From Fonticula alba ATCC 38817 (taxonomy: Eukaryota > Protista > Nucleariida), in NCBI GenBank assembly GCA_000388065.2, contig KB932203.1: 42,623 bases of DNA; one strand, written 5' to 3'. Below the pieces are notes generated by a model. It was given only the letters and a program-made list of their open reading frames with translations, was not told the origin of the DNA and ran no database searches. Both the position numbers and the translations under genes were made by a program. Below are positions 10,811-22,286 of this stretch, one piece after another. Numbering within the stretch: position 1 is the first letter of the stretch; every line of letters starts with the position of its first letter.

Positions 10811-13800
10811 GCCAGGGCGATCCTGCTCGTGCACCGGAATATAGTTGCGCGGCTCTTCGGGTTTGTTTTTTTTTTTTGTTCGAACAGGCGCGGGGGGCGA
10901 GGGCGGGGGGGCGGCGGTCTGCTCCGGGGGTGGCGGTCACGCGCAAGCAGGGTCTCGCGCATGTTCGTGATGGCAGGCGCAGCAAGCGGGGGTGCAGGCG
11001 GGGGACTTGTTGTGAAGGGGTTTTGTTCGGGCCTCGCCCTGCCCTTTTCAATGGGCTAAGGGGCTCCTGTCGGGCAGGCAGGAAGGGACACTCTGGCCGG
11101 GGACGGGAGGGTGACATTGTCCGGTTGGCCGTCCTCTGACGGCGGCGGGGGGGGGATGCTGATGCTGCTTCGCATGGTGCACATGCTCATTGGGCCTTCT
11201 TTTTTTTTCACTCTCGAGACCCTCCTGAGGCGGCCCGAGGTTCCCGGGGTATGGCCTTCTCGGTGCCAGAAGCCAGGGGGGGGGGGGGGAGGTTGCTGCC
11301 ACTGGGGCATGGGGAGTGCCGCCCGCTTCCTGGTGTGGCTTCCGCTGTACAGGCATGGCAGAGGCCCGGTCGAGCTGTCCCCTGGCAACTCGGCCCGGTC
11401 GTATGCAGGCGCCGATGTCGACGATGAGGCGTGCCTCTCACGCGTGCATGAGGGAATGCCTTTTTTTGCCCCCGGGCTCGGAGCTTCGGCTGCCTATGCC
11501 AGGCATCGGGAGTCCCCGCCCGTCAGGGCCAGAGGCAGTAGCGACGGCACGCCTGGTAGCGGGAGAGCCATCGCACGCAGGGGCTCTTGGATGGCGCTCG
11601 ATGGGGAGGAGGGACCGCTCTTCGGGGCCAGCTGCCTCGCCAGGGGCCAAGTATTGAGCATCGAGATTCGGGCCTTGGGGGGTTTTTTTTACCCCGTGCC
11701 GCAAAGGTCCAGGGCCGGTGCAGATGGCTCTCCTGCCGGACGGCCGGCCCCCTGACGCCAGGTGGCTAGGCAGGGGTGCGCGCTCAGCCGATCTTTGAGA
11801 GCGAATGCCGCGCCCCCGGACTCGGCGAGCAGCCCGGCCGACTTTGTGCTTCACGAAGCCCACTGCTCGGGTACCACACCAGGGGCGGCGTTCTCGCATT
11901 GTCTCCGCCCGGCCATGCTGGCCCCGGCGGATGGGGCGGACGTGCCCATGGCGAGCGTGCTCCTTAGGGCCGGCTTCGGTCACACTGCCAGCCTCGGTGT
12001 GACCAGTGGCCTCTTTACGGGAGGACGGCGGGGACCCCCGGGTGTAGTGCACTCGGCTGGGGGCTCGTGTTGGGGGACATCGGTGAGCATACCAAGCGGT
12101 CGCCCGAGTCGAGGGGGCTGGATGACGCCCGCAAAGAGAGCTCGCCAAGGCAATGGGCCTCGCTTTTCCGCCTCTCCGGCGTTGTGGCACGCCGGCTCGT
12201 GGCTCGGCATGTGCCTTGGAGGGGAGGACTGCCGGTGACATTCGCGGGAGGATGCTCGCGGCGGCGGCTTCGGTCTGGAGCACAGGTCGGGGGTCTTTGG
12301 CGAGGGGCTCAACCGGCTCTCGGATGGGTGCCGCAGCCCGGGTCTCCGCTGTGAGCGCGGCCAGCGGCCTGGCCCCGGGCACGGACCCGGCCGCGGGCAG
12401 GATATGGGGCCGGCCCATGCGACCTGCCTGAGGTTCCGTCCGAGGCTGGGGCACTTGTGCTTGATGTGGCGTCGGCTGGCAGCCGTATTGTCGAGATTCC
12501 GATGGGTCGTCATTCGCAAGCATGCCCAACGGCCGAACGTGTGTGGCCGGCAGTTTTTCCGGTATCGCGCCCGGAACAGACCGGTGAGGCATGTGGAGCC
12601 GAGGCATTGGATGGCATGGAGGGGATTCGGTGTTCATGGATGACCGGGGATGCGAACAGGCGCGACGGGACTCGCAGGAGGGTGTCCTTTTGTGGGGGGC
12701 CCGGTGTGGCGGGTGTCCTGTCGGATCCGGCGCACATGGGTGGGTCCCGCCTGGAGGCTTCTCCTGCGGCCGAGCTTGGCCGAGGGAGGAGTTGTACCGG
12801 TAGCAGAAACCCCCGGCCGGGGGCGGGGACCAATGCCAGCGTGGTCGGCGCCGGGGACTGGGGCAGCCTTGAGCCCGGTGCGCGGCCCCGCCGGGAAGGA
12901 CGTCGAATCTGCCACTCGGGCGCCGGAGCCCCGGAGGTAGGCTCATACACAGGGCAGGCCTCCTGCGCAGGGAGTCGAGCTGGGGGAGGATCCCCAGGCG
13001 GCGGCGGTACCACCGGGCCCCGAGGGCGACCTATCCAGCGGCGACCCGGTGACCGTGGGCTCGGCTGCCGTGGGTGTCGGGTCCCGGCGGCTGCCGATGC
13101 GTGCAGCAGGCGCCTCCACCGGTAATGGGGCTGTGATACAAATGGGGGATCGCATCGATCGCGTGCCATTGACCGCCGCCCCATGGAGCAGCCTCCGGGG
13201 GCTACGCTCCAGGACACAAGAGTGCGTCCGGGCCCCTGGCCCGATGACGCGCATGCCCGTCGCAATTTTTGCCACGGCCGCAGATGAATGGGGTATGTGT
13301 TCTGGACCTCCCCCGTCCCCCTCCAGTCGCCCTGGGCCCGAGGATGGGGGAGGGCATCGCTGTTTGCCGACACTCCGAGGCGCGCTCCGACCCGGAAGGG
13401 GATCTTTCCCCGGGCGAGAGTCACTTGCGTGCTTTGGCACCACGAGGCCAGGAACGGCATGCTGCCTCAGGTCATTGGCGCCCGTTGCTCATGCTTCACG
13501 CAGGTCTTGCAGGCCCTCGTTTTCGTCGCATCTGGTGCCCTTTGCCTCGGGCACCTGCGCCACTGCTCCTCCGGAGAGCTGAGTATGTGTTTGCCCGGGG
13601 CGAGCCGAAGAGGATGAGATGCCATGGAGACCGCGGCGATCGGTCTCGGCGTCCGGGATCTGATGTCGGGAGCCGAGGGCTTGGGGACTGTCGGGCGGGG
13701 GGGGGGGGGGGGCTCTATGTAGCCGAGTCGTCCTGCCCTGGGGCGCGACTGGTCCCAGGCAGGGGAAAGGGGCTCCGCCATACGGCGATCCATCGCCCAG

Positions 13801-15419
13801 GGAGGGGGGGGGGGATGCCAGGCAAGTATGAATGCATCGGGGTGGCAGTGCCATGGTGGCCGGGCTTTTTTGCAGGGCGTCGGGCGGGTAAGGGTGTTCG
13901 TCGAGCGGCAACGCGCCCGTGTCGCGGATGGCACGCAGCAACAGCAGCAGCCGTACATGGTAAAGCCAAAAGGCAACGGCGGGAGGAAAGGGAAAGGAGT
14001 GGATGCGTGGCGAGTGTCGGCCGAGCGCGGGGCGGCAGCAGACTGCTCAATAACAACAGAGAAGAGCGAGCCCGGGAGCGCTCGGTGACCGGGGAAGAAG
14101 ACACATCGGCCGGTCGGCACATTGCCTGGGGGGGTCTCGTGCCGGGGAGGTGTCCAAAGGTGACGCATGGTCGAGGCATGTCCCTGGAGGGCACTGCCCC
14201 CTCCAGGATGCGGAGGGGTGTCCTCCTTTGTAGGGCATTCGCTGGGAACAACTGCAGCGTGGTGGACTGCTTGCGAGGCCTTTCTGGGACGGGGGCGTTT
14301 TCGCGCCGGCTACCGAGTGGCTGTCGGCGGGGTGCTCGGCGGGTTTGCGCCCCTCCCTGCCGCCTCGGGATTTCGCCTTCCGCTCGGGCAGACTCCCGGG
14401 CAAGCCGACAGGCAAGACCATCGGCACCCATTCGAGCGGTATCTCGGGCGGCTCGGTGCGGCAGGTGCCCGGCGCCCGGACGGGGCAGGGCAAGACACCG
14501 GCTCCGAAGAGAGACAGATGCCTGGCCGATCCCGCCCTGACAAGCACACGGATCCCGGGCAGCCTCGGACGCAGGTGGCAAAAGGTCCGAGCTTCGGTGG
14601 CTCGCTGATCGTCCCAGCACGGTGGACGAAATGGGGGACCCTCTGAAGCAGAGGAGGGATGTCGGTAAGGTGTGGGGGGCGCGCGCTCGATGACGCTCTC
14701 GCGTGGGCCCCGGCTCCGGGGCCACGTCCAGTGGGCAGGAAGACTACCAGCGGTACGGCTTCCAGAAGGGAATCCGCGTGCATGCTCCTTGGGCCCCTGA
14801 GGGCGAGATGTGGCATTCGGGCATTCTCCCCACCAGCGGCAGCATCACTCAAGGGCGAGAGAGACAGGGAGAGAGAGAGAGAGGCTGGGCTGCCGAGCAA
14901 GTCCACACCTGAAGGTTGTATTATCGTGGAGACAGAGTCCCACGGGCTGGCGCACAGGCCGTTTCGGTCATTTCGCAAGGACACGCAGGGGCGCGCACGC
15001 GCGCGTGGGCCCGCCGAATGCATGAAAAGGACAGCCCGGTGCCGAGGTGCTGCCTTCTCCGGGCCGGGACGGACCCCACATCATGGGCCGCATGCGGCCG
15101 CACGGAGGGCCGTCAGGGTCATCTGCTGAGCGCCGGGGCCCGGGCTGCTGCTGGCTGGCGGCCACCTTGCGCGGCACTTGCCAGGCCTTTGTGGAGGGGG
15201 ATCGGCGAGGGAGCACAAGCGAAGAGCGGGGATGGGGGGACTATGGTGCTGGAGTGTCTTTTTTTTTGTTTGCCGGCTGTTGAGGACCTCCAGCCCGCGC
15301 TGGGACAGACACCCGGGGCTTGGGGCGGCCATATGCCGCGGAAAGAGCCGGGGGAGGGGGCCTCCACGGACAGGGTAGCGGGGGCGTGCGATCAATCGGA
15401 CGCGCTTTCGCGGGAGCGA

Positions 15420-18400
15420 TCAGGGGGCCGCCAGAGCATCCAGCGCGCCGGCCAGTTCGGCCTGCGCTGCGGCGTCCGCGGAGAAGAAGCCCATCATGGA
15501 GTTCAGAGCCTGTGCAAGCTGGCCGTTGAGAGCCGGGGGGTTGCTTCCGGCTGAAGGGCAACGATCGGGATGGAGCCCCGGGGCGGGGTGGAGGCCATGG
15601 GGGCAGGTGTCAGCAAGACACCTCGCACGGGCAGGGGCAGCCCAGTGAATGGTGCAGGGCGAGGAGGCAGACGCACCATTGTAGGCCAGGCACGCCATGC
15701 CGCGCAAGACATATCCCAGGGCCTCGGCGGTGATGGTGGGTCCAGTGGCCAAGGCCACCAGGTGCTGGGCCAGCAGCCCATTCAGTCGCCGGGAGTTGGC
15801 TGCTGCTGCAGGCGAGAGCGGAGTCGGGGTGAGCGAAGGCACCAGGGGCAGGGCGGCCGCGCAGGACCGAGCAGGAGGCAAGTCGCACCGTTGTCAGCGA
15901 GCAGCATCAGTCCGAAGGCCCGGCGCGAGTGGAAGTGCGGGCTGTGGTGGGCCTGCTGCAGGCTGAGAGCCTGGAGGAGGGCCATATTGCTGCGAGGGCA
16001 ATTCCGCGTGGCTTGGGGGATGCATTTCCGCAGGGGGGGGGGGGGGGGGGGATTAGCGACGGTGCCCGGGGGCGGGGTGGGGGCGCGGGGAAAAGGAACA
16101 CATGCAAGGCCGCCCGGGCCAAACGGTGGAGAGGAGGAGCAACGCACCGGCGCCGCAGAGATTGGCCAAGCCTGTGATGGCGCGCTGCTGGACTTGGACG
16201 TCATCCGGTGCACGGGCGATTGCCAGGGAAAGCTGCCGCAAGAGCATGGCATTGAGGGACCGTCGGTTGGCGAGGTCTAGCACGGTGGGTGTGCGTCCGT
16301 AAGCGTGTGTCTGTGTGTGAGGGGGAGAGAGAGAGAGAGAGGGGGGGGGGGGTGACAGCGCGCGGTCGGGCGAGCGGCGACCCGGGGATCCGGAGGGGGG
16401 CGAAGTTGGGCGGAGAGGGCATGGCACGCACAGCTGAGGGTCAAATGCGCGAAGACGGTTGTCCGAAGCCGGTGCAAGTGCTCTCCGGCGGGGGGCCGGT
16501 GTGCGAGTCGCAAGAGCAGCTGCACGATCATGCGGTTCATACGCGCGCTGTTGCCTCGCGCTAGAGCGGGCCGCGGGTGGAGGCGGGGTGGGCAACGGGG
16601 GAGTGGTCAGACTTCAACAGACCGAGGGTCCAAGGGGGGGGGGAGTGTCCGGCGGTCACACCATTCCAAGCCAACTGGCCAAGGCCGAACAGGATGAGGC
16701 TGGGCACTTGCTCACTGTCGGCGTGGTGCCGGGCCGCGGCCAGCATTTGCCGCAGGAGGATCCAATTGACCCGGGGGCTATTTTGACGCGCTGCGCGCAG
16801 GCCACGCGCATGCACACAAGCACCCGCCGAATGGCGGAGAGGACAATGGGGATGTGTGAGTAAGGCCAAGCGATGGCGGCGGGAAGGCAGGGCAGAACGA
16901 ACAGCTTCGCGCCAGGCCGACAGCACATCGAAGGACCTGGACCTCGATGGAGGGCACCCCGGCCATGCGTCGGCCGAGGTCCAGGGAGGACTGAAGCAAC
17001 ATGCCGCGCACCTGGCGGCTGTTGGGCAGTGCTGAGCTCGTGTGTGTGTGTGTGTTTGTGTATGTATGTGTGTGCGTGTGTGTGTGTGTGTGCTCGCGAG
17101 TGAGAGAGCGGAAGAGGGAGAGAGTATGAGTGGAGGGTGGAGGAGGGTGAGCGGCGCGCTAGGCAACTGATGCGGAGGGGATCGAGAGGGGCGAAGGGGC
17201 AAAGCATGCGGCGCCGTGTGGACGGGCGCATGTGCGGCACGCCAGCAGGCGCGCACAGGCGTGAGCGTGGGCGCGGCGATGTGCCCATGCAAAAGGATGC
17301 ACAGATGCACGGCTGCATGGACGTCGGGACGCAGGGGAGGGCAGAGGGCATCGACCGATCGGGCCCATGGATGCATGGGCACGCAGGCACGCACCGGAGC
17401 CGGACAAGTTGCCAAGAACGAATGCCACGGATTCCTGCAGCTCCAAGTCGCCCGGGGCGAGACCCTTGACTCGAAGGATTGCACGAAGCAGCGCCCCATT
17501 GAGGTTTGGAGGGCGCTGGTCGGCTGGCAGAGCGGGCGAGCGGGAGAGGGAGGAGCGGAAGCCGCATGAGCGAGGAAGGGGCGCCTGGCAGGGTGGAGGA
17601 AGAAAAGGAAAGCAAGCCCGGGCCCAGGGCCGCGGGGGAAACACGCACCGGCGAGGGACACCAGGTGGCGCAGGGCGCGGCCGGTGTGGCGCGCGACCTC
17701 GACCATGTCGAGGCCCGGGCCCCGCTGCGGGCTGGCGTCGAGCACCGCAGAGAGGATGACAAGCAGGTCCCACACGAAGTCCATGGGATCTTGGTTGCGG
17801 GGCGGGCCTGCTCTCGGGCTGTGAGTATAGTCCAGGCGGGGGGGGGGGGGGGGGGGGGGGGGCCTGGCCAGCAATTTCCTCACCCAAGCCGAGCCCGCCT
17901 GTATGTTCCATTGGCCAGGGTGGAGTGGGGGGGGGGGGGGGGGGGGGGGGGTCTTGTGCGCGGAGGGGAGCGAGTGGGGCCTTGTGCGCGCGGCGGAAAC
18001 GCACCGCCCGATGCCACGGCCGACAGGCCGAGAGCAAGCCATGCACAGTCACCGGGCTGGAGATCGCCCCATCGGACGACGGCCTCGGCACATTCAAGCA
18101 TGCCCTGCCAGAAGCCAAGGCAGAAGAGCTCTGTGGATCCGGGACCGAGGGGGCGGGGGGGATTCCACAAAAGTGAGGGGCATGCCCGGGAGCGGGGCCG
18201 TGTAGATGTCTGGAGTCGGCGCACCATCCTGGGCAAGATGCGCCAGGGCAAAGGCCACCGGGCTGCTGAGATGCTTGGCGGACTGCGATCGCTGGGCCAG
18301 CGTTTGCATGCTTCTCAGGATGCCCATATTGAAGGGCAGCGGATTGGAGCGCACTGGCAAGGTGGGCCCGGGGGTCAGCATCATGGATTGCGCCCTGGTG

Positions 18401-19051
18401 GGAAGGGGAGAGAGGGGGGGGGGGGGGCAGCGCTCGCCCGGTTGGGAGGATGAGCCTGTTTGCGCCGATCACTGACATGCTAGGCTGCGTGCGTGGGGCA
18501 CCGAGGGCGGATGTGCACATTCGTGCGGGCGCATGCTCGCGCATGCGCATACATATGCATGCATGCATTTTCGCGAACACGCCGACCCGGATCAGGAGCG
18601 CACCGTTGAGGGAAAGCCCAGCCAGTGCCCGCATCGCGGGGGCCGCGACGTCGGCGTCATCCGACAGGACGAGGCCTCGGGCATGTTCGAGCACCGCCCT
18701 GTTGACCTCTTGGTCGGCCTCCTGGGCTGTGTGGAGCACGAGTCGCGTCCTTGGTCAGTATCAGTGTCTGTCGGCCGGCCGAGAGCCGAGGGGCGGCAAG
18801 GCCAGTGTCGGTGGCTGTGCCAGGGGATGGGCGAAGGGGAAGGGCCACCCCCTCGACATACATCGGTGCCCCAGGGCGGCCAGCGCGCGGGACAGGTTCC
18901 TCTCGGCCGCCGGCTTGCCGGCCAGACGCGCAAGATGAGGGAGCAGTTCCTGGTCAGGGGGTATGAGGCCGGCTTCCGCCGCGTCGGCCAGGCTCCGGGC
19001 TGCTGCTGCAATGTCACCGCCAAGGTCTTGCAAGGAATTGGGAGGGCCCAT
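15420..19051 (-). CDS. Armadillo-like (ARM) helical-repeat protein, 13 exons, about 578 aa; exons 19051-18862, 18726-18604, 18353-18225, 18130-18005, 17789-17649, 17523-17395, 17031-16903, 16790-16662, 16560-16432, 16276-16148, 16011-15889, 15805-15677, 15550-15420
   Basis: Twelve GT-AG introns read by hand (donors GTATGT, GTGCGC x2, GTGCGT x6, GTTCGT, GTGTGA, GTGCGA) splice into one stop-free 1737-nt frame. Start is GCCATGG after a pyrimidine-rich leader; stop is TGA at 15420. Repeats such as MLLRQLSLAIARAPDDVQVQQRAITGLANLC and ALLRAILRVKGLAPGDLELQESVAFVLGNLS match the ARM helix2-helix3 pattern. The exon-5 acceptor could alternatively be 17807, and an additional upstream exon is not excluded. 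Confidence 0.85.
17041..17092. repeat. Imperfect (TG)n microsatellite in ARM-gene intron 6
   Basis: tgtgtgtgtgtgtgtttgtgtatgtatgtgtgtgcgtgtgtgtgtgtgtgtg. Confidence 0.9.
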
Positions 19052-21479
19052 GGCGAGATCGAGAGAGGGGAGAGATGATGACGATGGATGAAGCGAGGGG
19101 ATCGAGAGGGGAAGGCGCGGGGAGGGATCCTCCCGAAGCACATGGAGCAAGTCCCCTTGAGGGTGTCTCATGGCGGGGAGGGGAGGCGTGGCTGGCAGAT
19201 CCGCGGACCGCGGCTGGCGGCCGGGGAGAAGCCGCGGGCTTGGGCCGAGATCGTGCTCGGTGGTGGCGCCCGAAGAGCACCCCCGGCTCGGAACCTCCGC
19301 CATGGATGGGCCTACTCGGAGCCGCACACGGTGAGCAAGTCATCGAGCACAACATGCTTGGCTTGACGAGGGAAGGACAGCGCTCCCGGGGGGGGGGGGN
19401 NNNNNNNNNGGGGGGGGGGGGGGGGGGGGCGAGCGTGTGTCTGCCCAGCGGAGCCCACGCCGGCGGCAGCCTTCGGAGGCGTGTTGTAGGGCGTGGGACG
19501 CATCCCCCGACGCCGGAGCCGAGGGCTTCGGCCGCCGGAGACAAGCGCCAGCGCCAATGGCATATCTACCAACGCACCGGCCGGCTTGTCCCCCGTGTTC
19601 GGCCCCGTGCGCAGTTTCCGAGGCTGGGACGCATGCAGGTGGCCTCATCTCCCCTGGATGGCAGTCCCCAGGCAGGGGGCATGTGAGGAGACACCGATCA
19701 CCGGGCTGCGCCGGTCGAGTCGCTCGGGCAAAACTTGGCCAGGGAGGGAGTCACCCGCGAATGGGCCGATCCCGAGTGGCAGCAGTCTTCGGGGTGCTTC
19801 TTCCGTCCTTCAGCCCCGGAGCCCGGCAGCGGGCCACGTCCGGGGAGCCTCCCGCGACTGAGGCCCCTTTCGGCTGCATGTTGGGGGGGGGGGGCACAGG
19901 GAAAGAAGGGCCGGTCTCATCGGCGGGTGCCATCCGCTGGAGCCCCTCTCTCTCCCCTGTGTGAGCTGACTGTGCCCGGGAGAGAGGGGCGCGAGACTCC
20001 CGGCGACGAGGGGCGAGCAGGCTCAAGGCCGCAGGGTCGCCGGTGCAGACGACCGGCACATCGGCGGGACAGCTATGGCCCGAGATCAAACCCAGGGATC
20101 GGGGACCCTGGCTGGGGCAAAGCAAGACGCAAGTCAGTGGCGGTGCACATATCTCCCAGCCTCTTGCTCCCCCTCTCGAAGGAGGGTGGACATCGAACAG
20201 GCAGCGACACCGTGGCATCTGGCATCCGGCGGCCGACCACGGTCGTCCGTGGGGCCGGTGGACGCGTCGGGTGTTGGCCTCCCGCGCCCCGCGCGCGCCT
20301 GGACACACGGGGAGGGGGCCATTGCAAGAGAGAGCATGGGCGCCCCATACGTTGGTACATGAGGCCGGCGGGACACGTGTTGCCCGTACTTTTATTTGCG
20401 CATCGTGGCGCTCGCATTCTGGGCGGCCGAGTGGCGTTCTCTTTCCCGGGCGTGGCCGTTGGGGGGACCGGCATGCGGCACGCCGGGGCAAGCCAGCTCA
20501 AACACCACATCAAAATGGGGCCGAAAAATCGTGTCTCTAAATATTTGGAAATATACCCCGCGCATGTGTGGCGAAAGGGCACCCCCTCGCATGGCATCTA
20601 CATTGGCACCAGAATCGGGGGTCTCGTTGTGTGCGACGAGTCAACCGTGCAACCTGCTTGAGCCAACTATCACCGCGGGGGATCTGGCCGGATGAGGATC
20701 GCCGGAGGGAAAACAAAGGGCCATCAAGGCGCACCGGCGATGGTGCTGCTCTGAACGCTTCCTTGCCAGCCGGCTCCCCTTGCAAGGGGGCGGGGGCGGC
20801 CTCCCTGCGAGCTTTCTTGAGCCGCGGTGGCCTTCGCGGCTGGCCGGTGCCTTCTCCTTCTTCCTCTCGGCCGAAAAATGCCTGCGTGATCACACAATGC
20901 TCCTGCCCGTCGGATAGCACCACCTCCGGGCGGCGTATCGCCCTCCAAGCGGATGTGGGTTTCGTTTGCGAGGCTCGAGGTTTTTTTTCCCACGCAACCG
21001 ACTCGGCGTCTGTTGCGGAGCCCACCGGCTGGTCGGTTCTCAAAGGGGGNNNNNNNNNNGCGGAGCCCACCGGCTGGTCGGTTCTCAAAGGGGGCATAGC
21101 TGGTGTTTTGGTTGTGGGTCTTTTTGGGTGGGTTTGGGGTTGTTGGGGGGGGGGGGGGGGGGGGGGGGGGGGCATCGACACCCAGTGCCCTGAGACATTG
21201 GCCGGGAGGCGCAGACCGACCACAAGGGGGAAGGCGAGAGGGCAGACACCGGGCGGGGCTCGGTAGTTGTGATTCGTGGCACCTGCACAATGCTGAGTTC
21301 CGCACGGAAAGCCTAAAACAACGCACCGACAGTCGAACCACTCTGGTTGATTCGGAGTGATTACGGAGGCCGGCAGCGAGCGAAGAATGCCACACGCGCG
21401 CGGGCAGCCTGGTTCTGTGCTGTGCGTGACCCCCCTGCCGGGGCAGGGGTGCGGGCCGGGCGGCAGACGCCTTGAGGCT

Positions 21480-21481
<2 letters not shown>

Positions 21482-21524
<43 letters not shown>
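21482..21524. repeat. (CT)n microsatellite
   Basis: About 20 CT units, directly visible. Confidence 0.9.
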
Positions 21525-22286
21525 CGGCATGATGATGGTCTCTTTTTGTCTCTCCCCCTTTATCCCTCTCGCACCCCATACGAGGCTCGGTTCAAGGCAC
21601 ACTGGCCCGAGGATGATGTGCTCCTCTGACCGGCCCGGTCGGCCCGGTGAATCCCACGCCGCCGCCAGATGGGGGGCGGGCCGACAGCCCGGATGGGCTC
21701 ACACGGTCGGCCTTGTCCCACGCACAAGCGGGCACCATCGGGCAAGGCCGGGGTCCAGACCGCGCTCGATAGGCGGCATGCACGTGGCCCGTTCGGCCGT
21801 TGCGCATGCCATGTTGTCGGGTCCTTTATTGTCTCGGAGAATGTGGCATCGATTGGCACTCGCTGCCGGGGGGCGGGGGGGGGGGGGGGACCTGCCCTTT
21901 TCGTGCTCCCCTCTGGCTCGGCCGGTGCCCCGTTCCCCCGACCCTTCCCCAACAAACTATTTCGCCAACTTCCCCCCCTGCCATTGAGCCCGGCATGCCA
22001 GTGCGCACGCCTGCCAGACGAATGCTGCCGGTTTTCCTTGAGGGAGCAGAGGGGTGTGCTCTTCCGAGGGGGGAGGGTGGCGGCGTGGGGCACCTGGCCG
22101 GCCCGAAGAGCCCCCGGCCTCAATGTGGCGCGGCCGGTGGGCCTCTCGCTGGGGCATCCACGCCAGCCGTTCTCCTCCCTGCATCTTCTTTTCGCTCCCC
22201 TCCCCCCCCCCCCCCCCGCCGCCCCCTCTCCAGCCTCTCCTTCCCTCCTGTATCTCCTCGCCCTTGTGCCGTGGCCCGCCGTCAGC

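Noticed and set aside
7727-10834. 1035-aa antisense ORF, and similar ones at 4580..6262, 24941..27778, 28730..32365 and 37964..39211
   Set aside because: Mirror ORFs of GC-rich coding sequence with Ala/Arg/Gly/Pro-biased, domain-less translations; stop codons are rare at this GC content.
11111-13617. Overlapping 200-500 aa ORFs between kinase 1 and the ARM gene
   Set aside because: Pro/Arg/Gly-rich translations in several frames on both strands, with no codon or domain signal.
14047-14670. Possible minus-strand exon(s) (CTTAC branch, TTCAG acceptor near 14645; EPPEIPLEWVPMVLPVGLPG)
   Set aside because: No consistent start, donor or stop chain and no recognisable domain; needs RNA-seq.
15420-18400. 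Regular ~129-nt modules read as a CRISPR-like or DNA tandem array
   Set aside because: The units are not nucleotide repeats; the periodicity is at exon and protein level and is explained by the spliced ARM gene.
21015-21094. 35-bp direct repeat (GCGGAGCCCACCGGCTGGTCGGTTCTCAAAGGGGG) flanking a 10-N gap
   Set aside because: Exact duplication on both sides of a scaffold gap, typical of unmerged contig overlap rather than a CRISPR repeat or target-site duplication.
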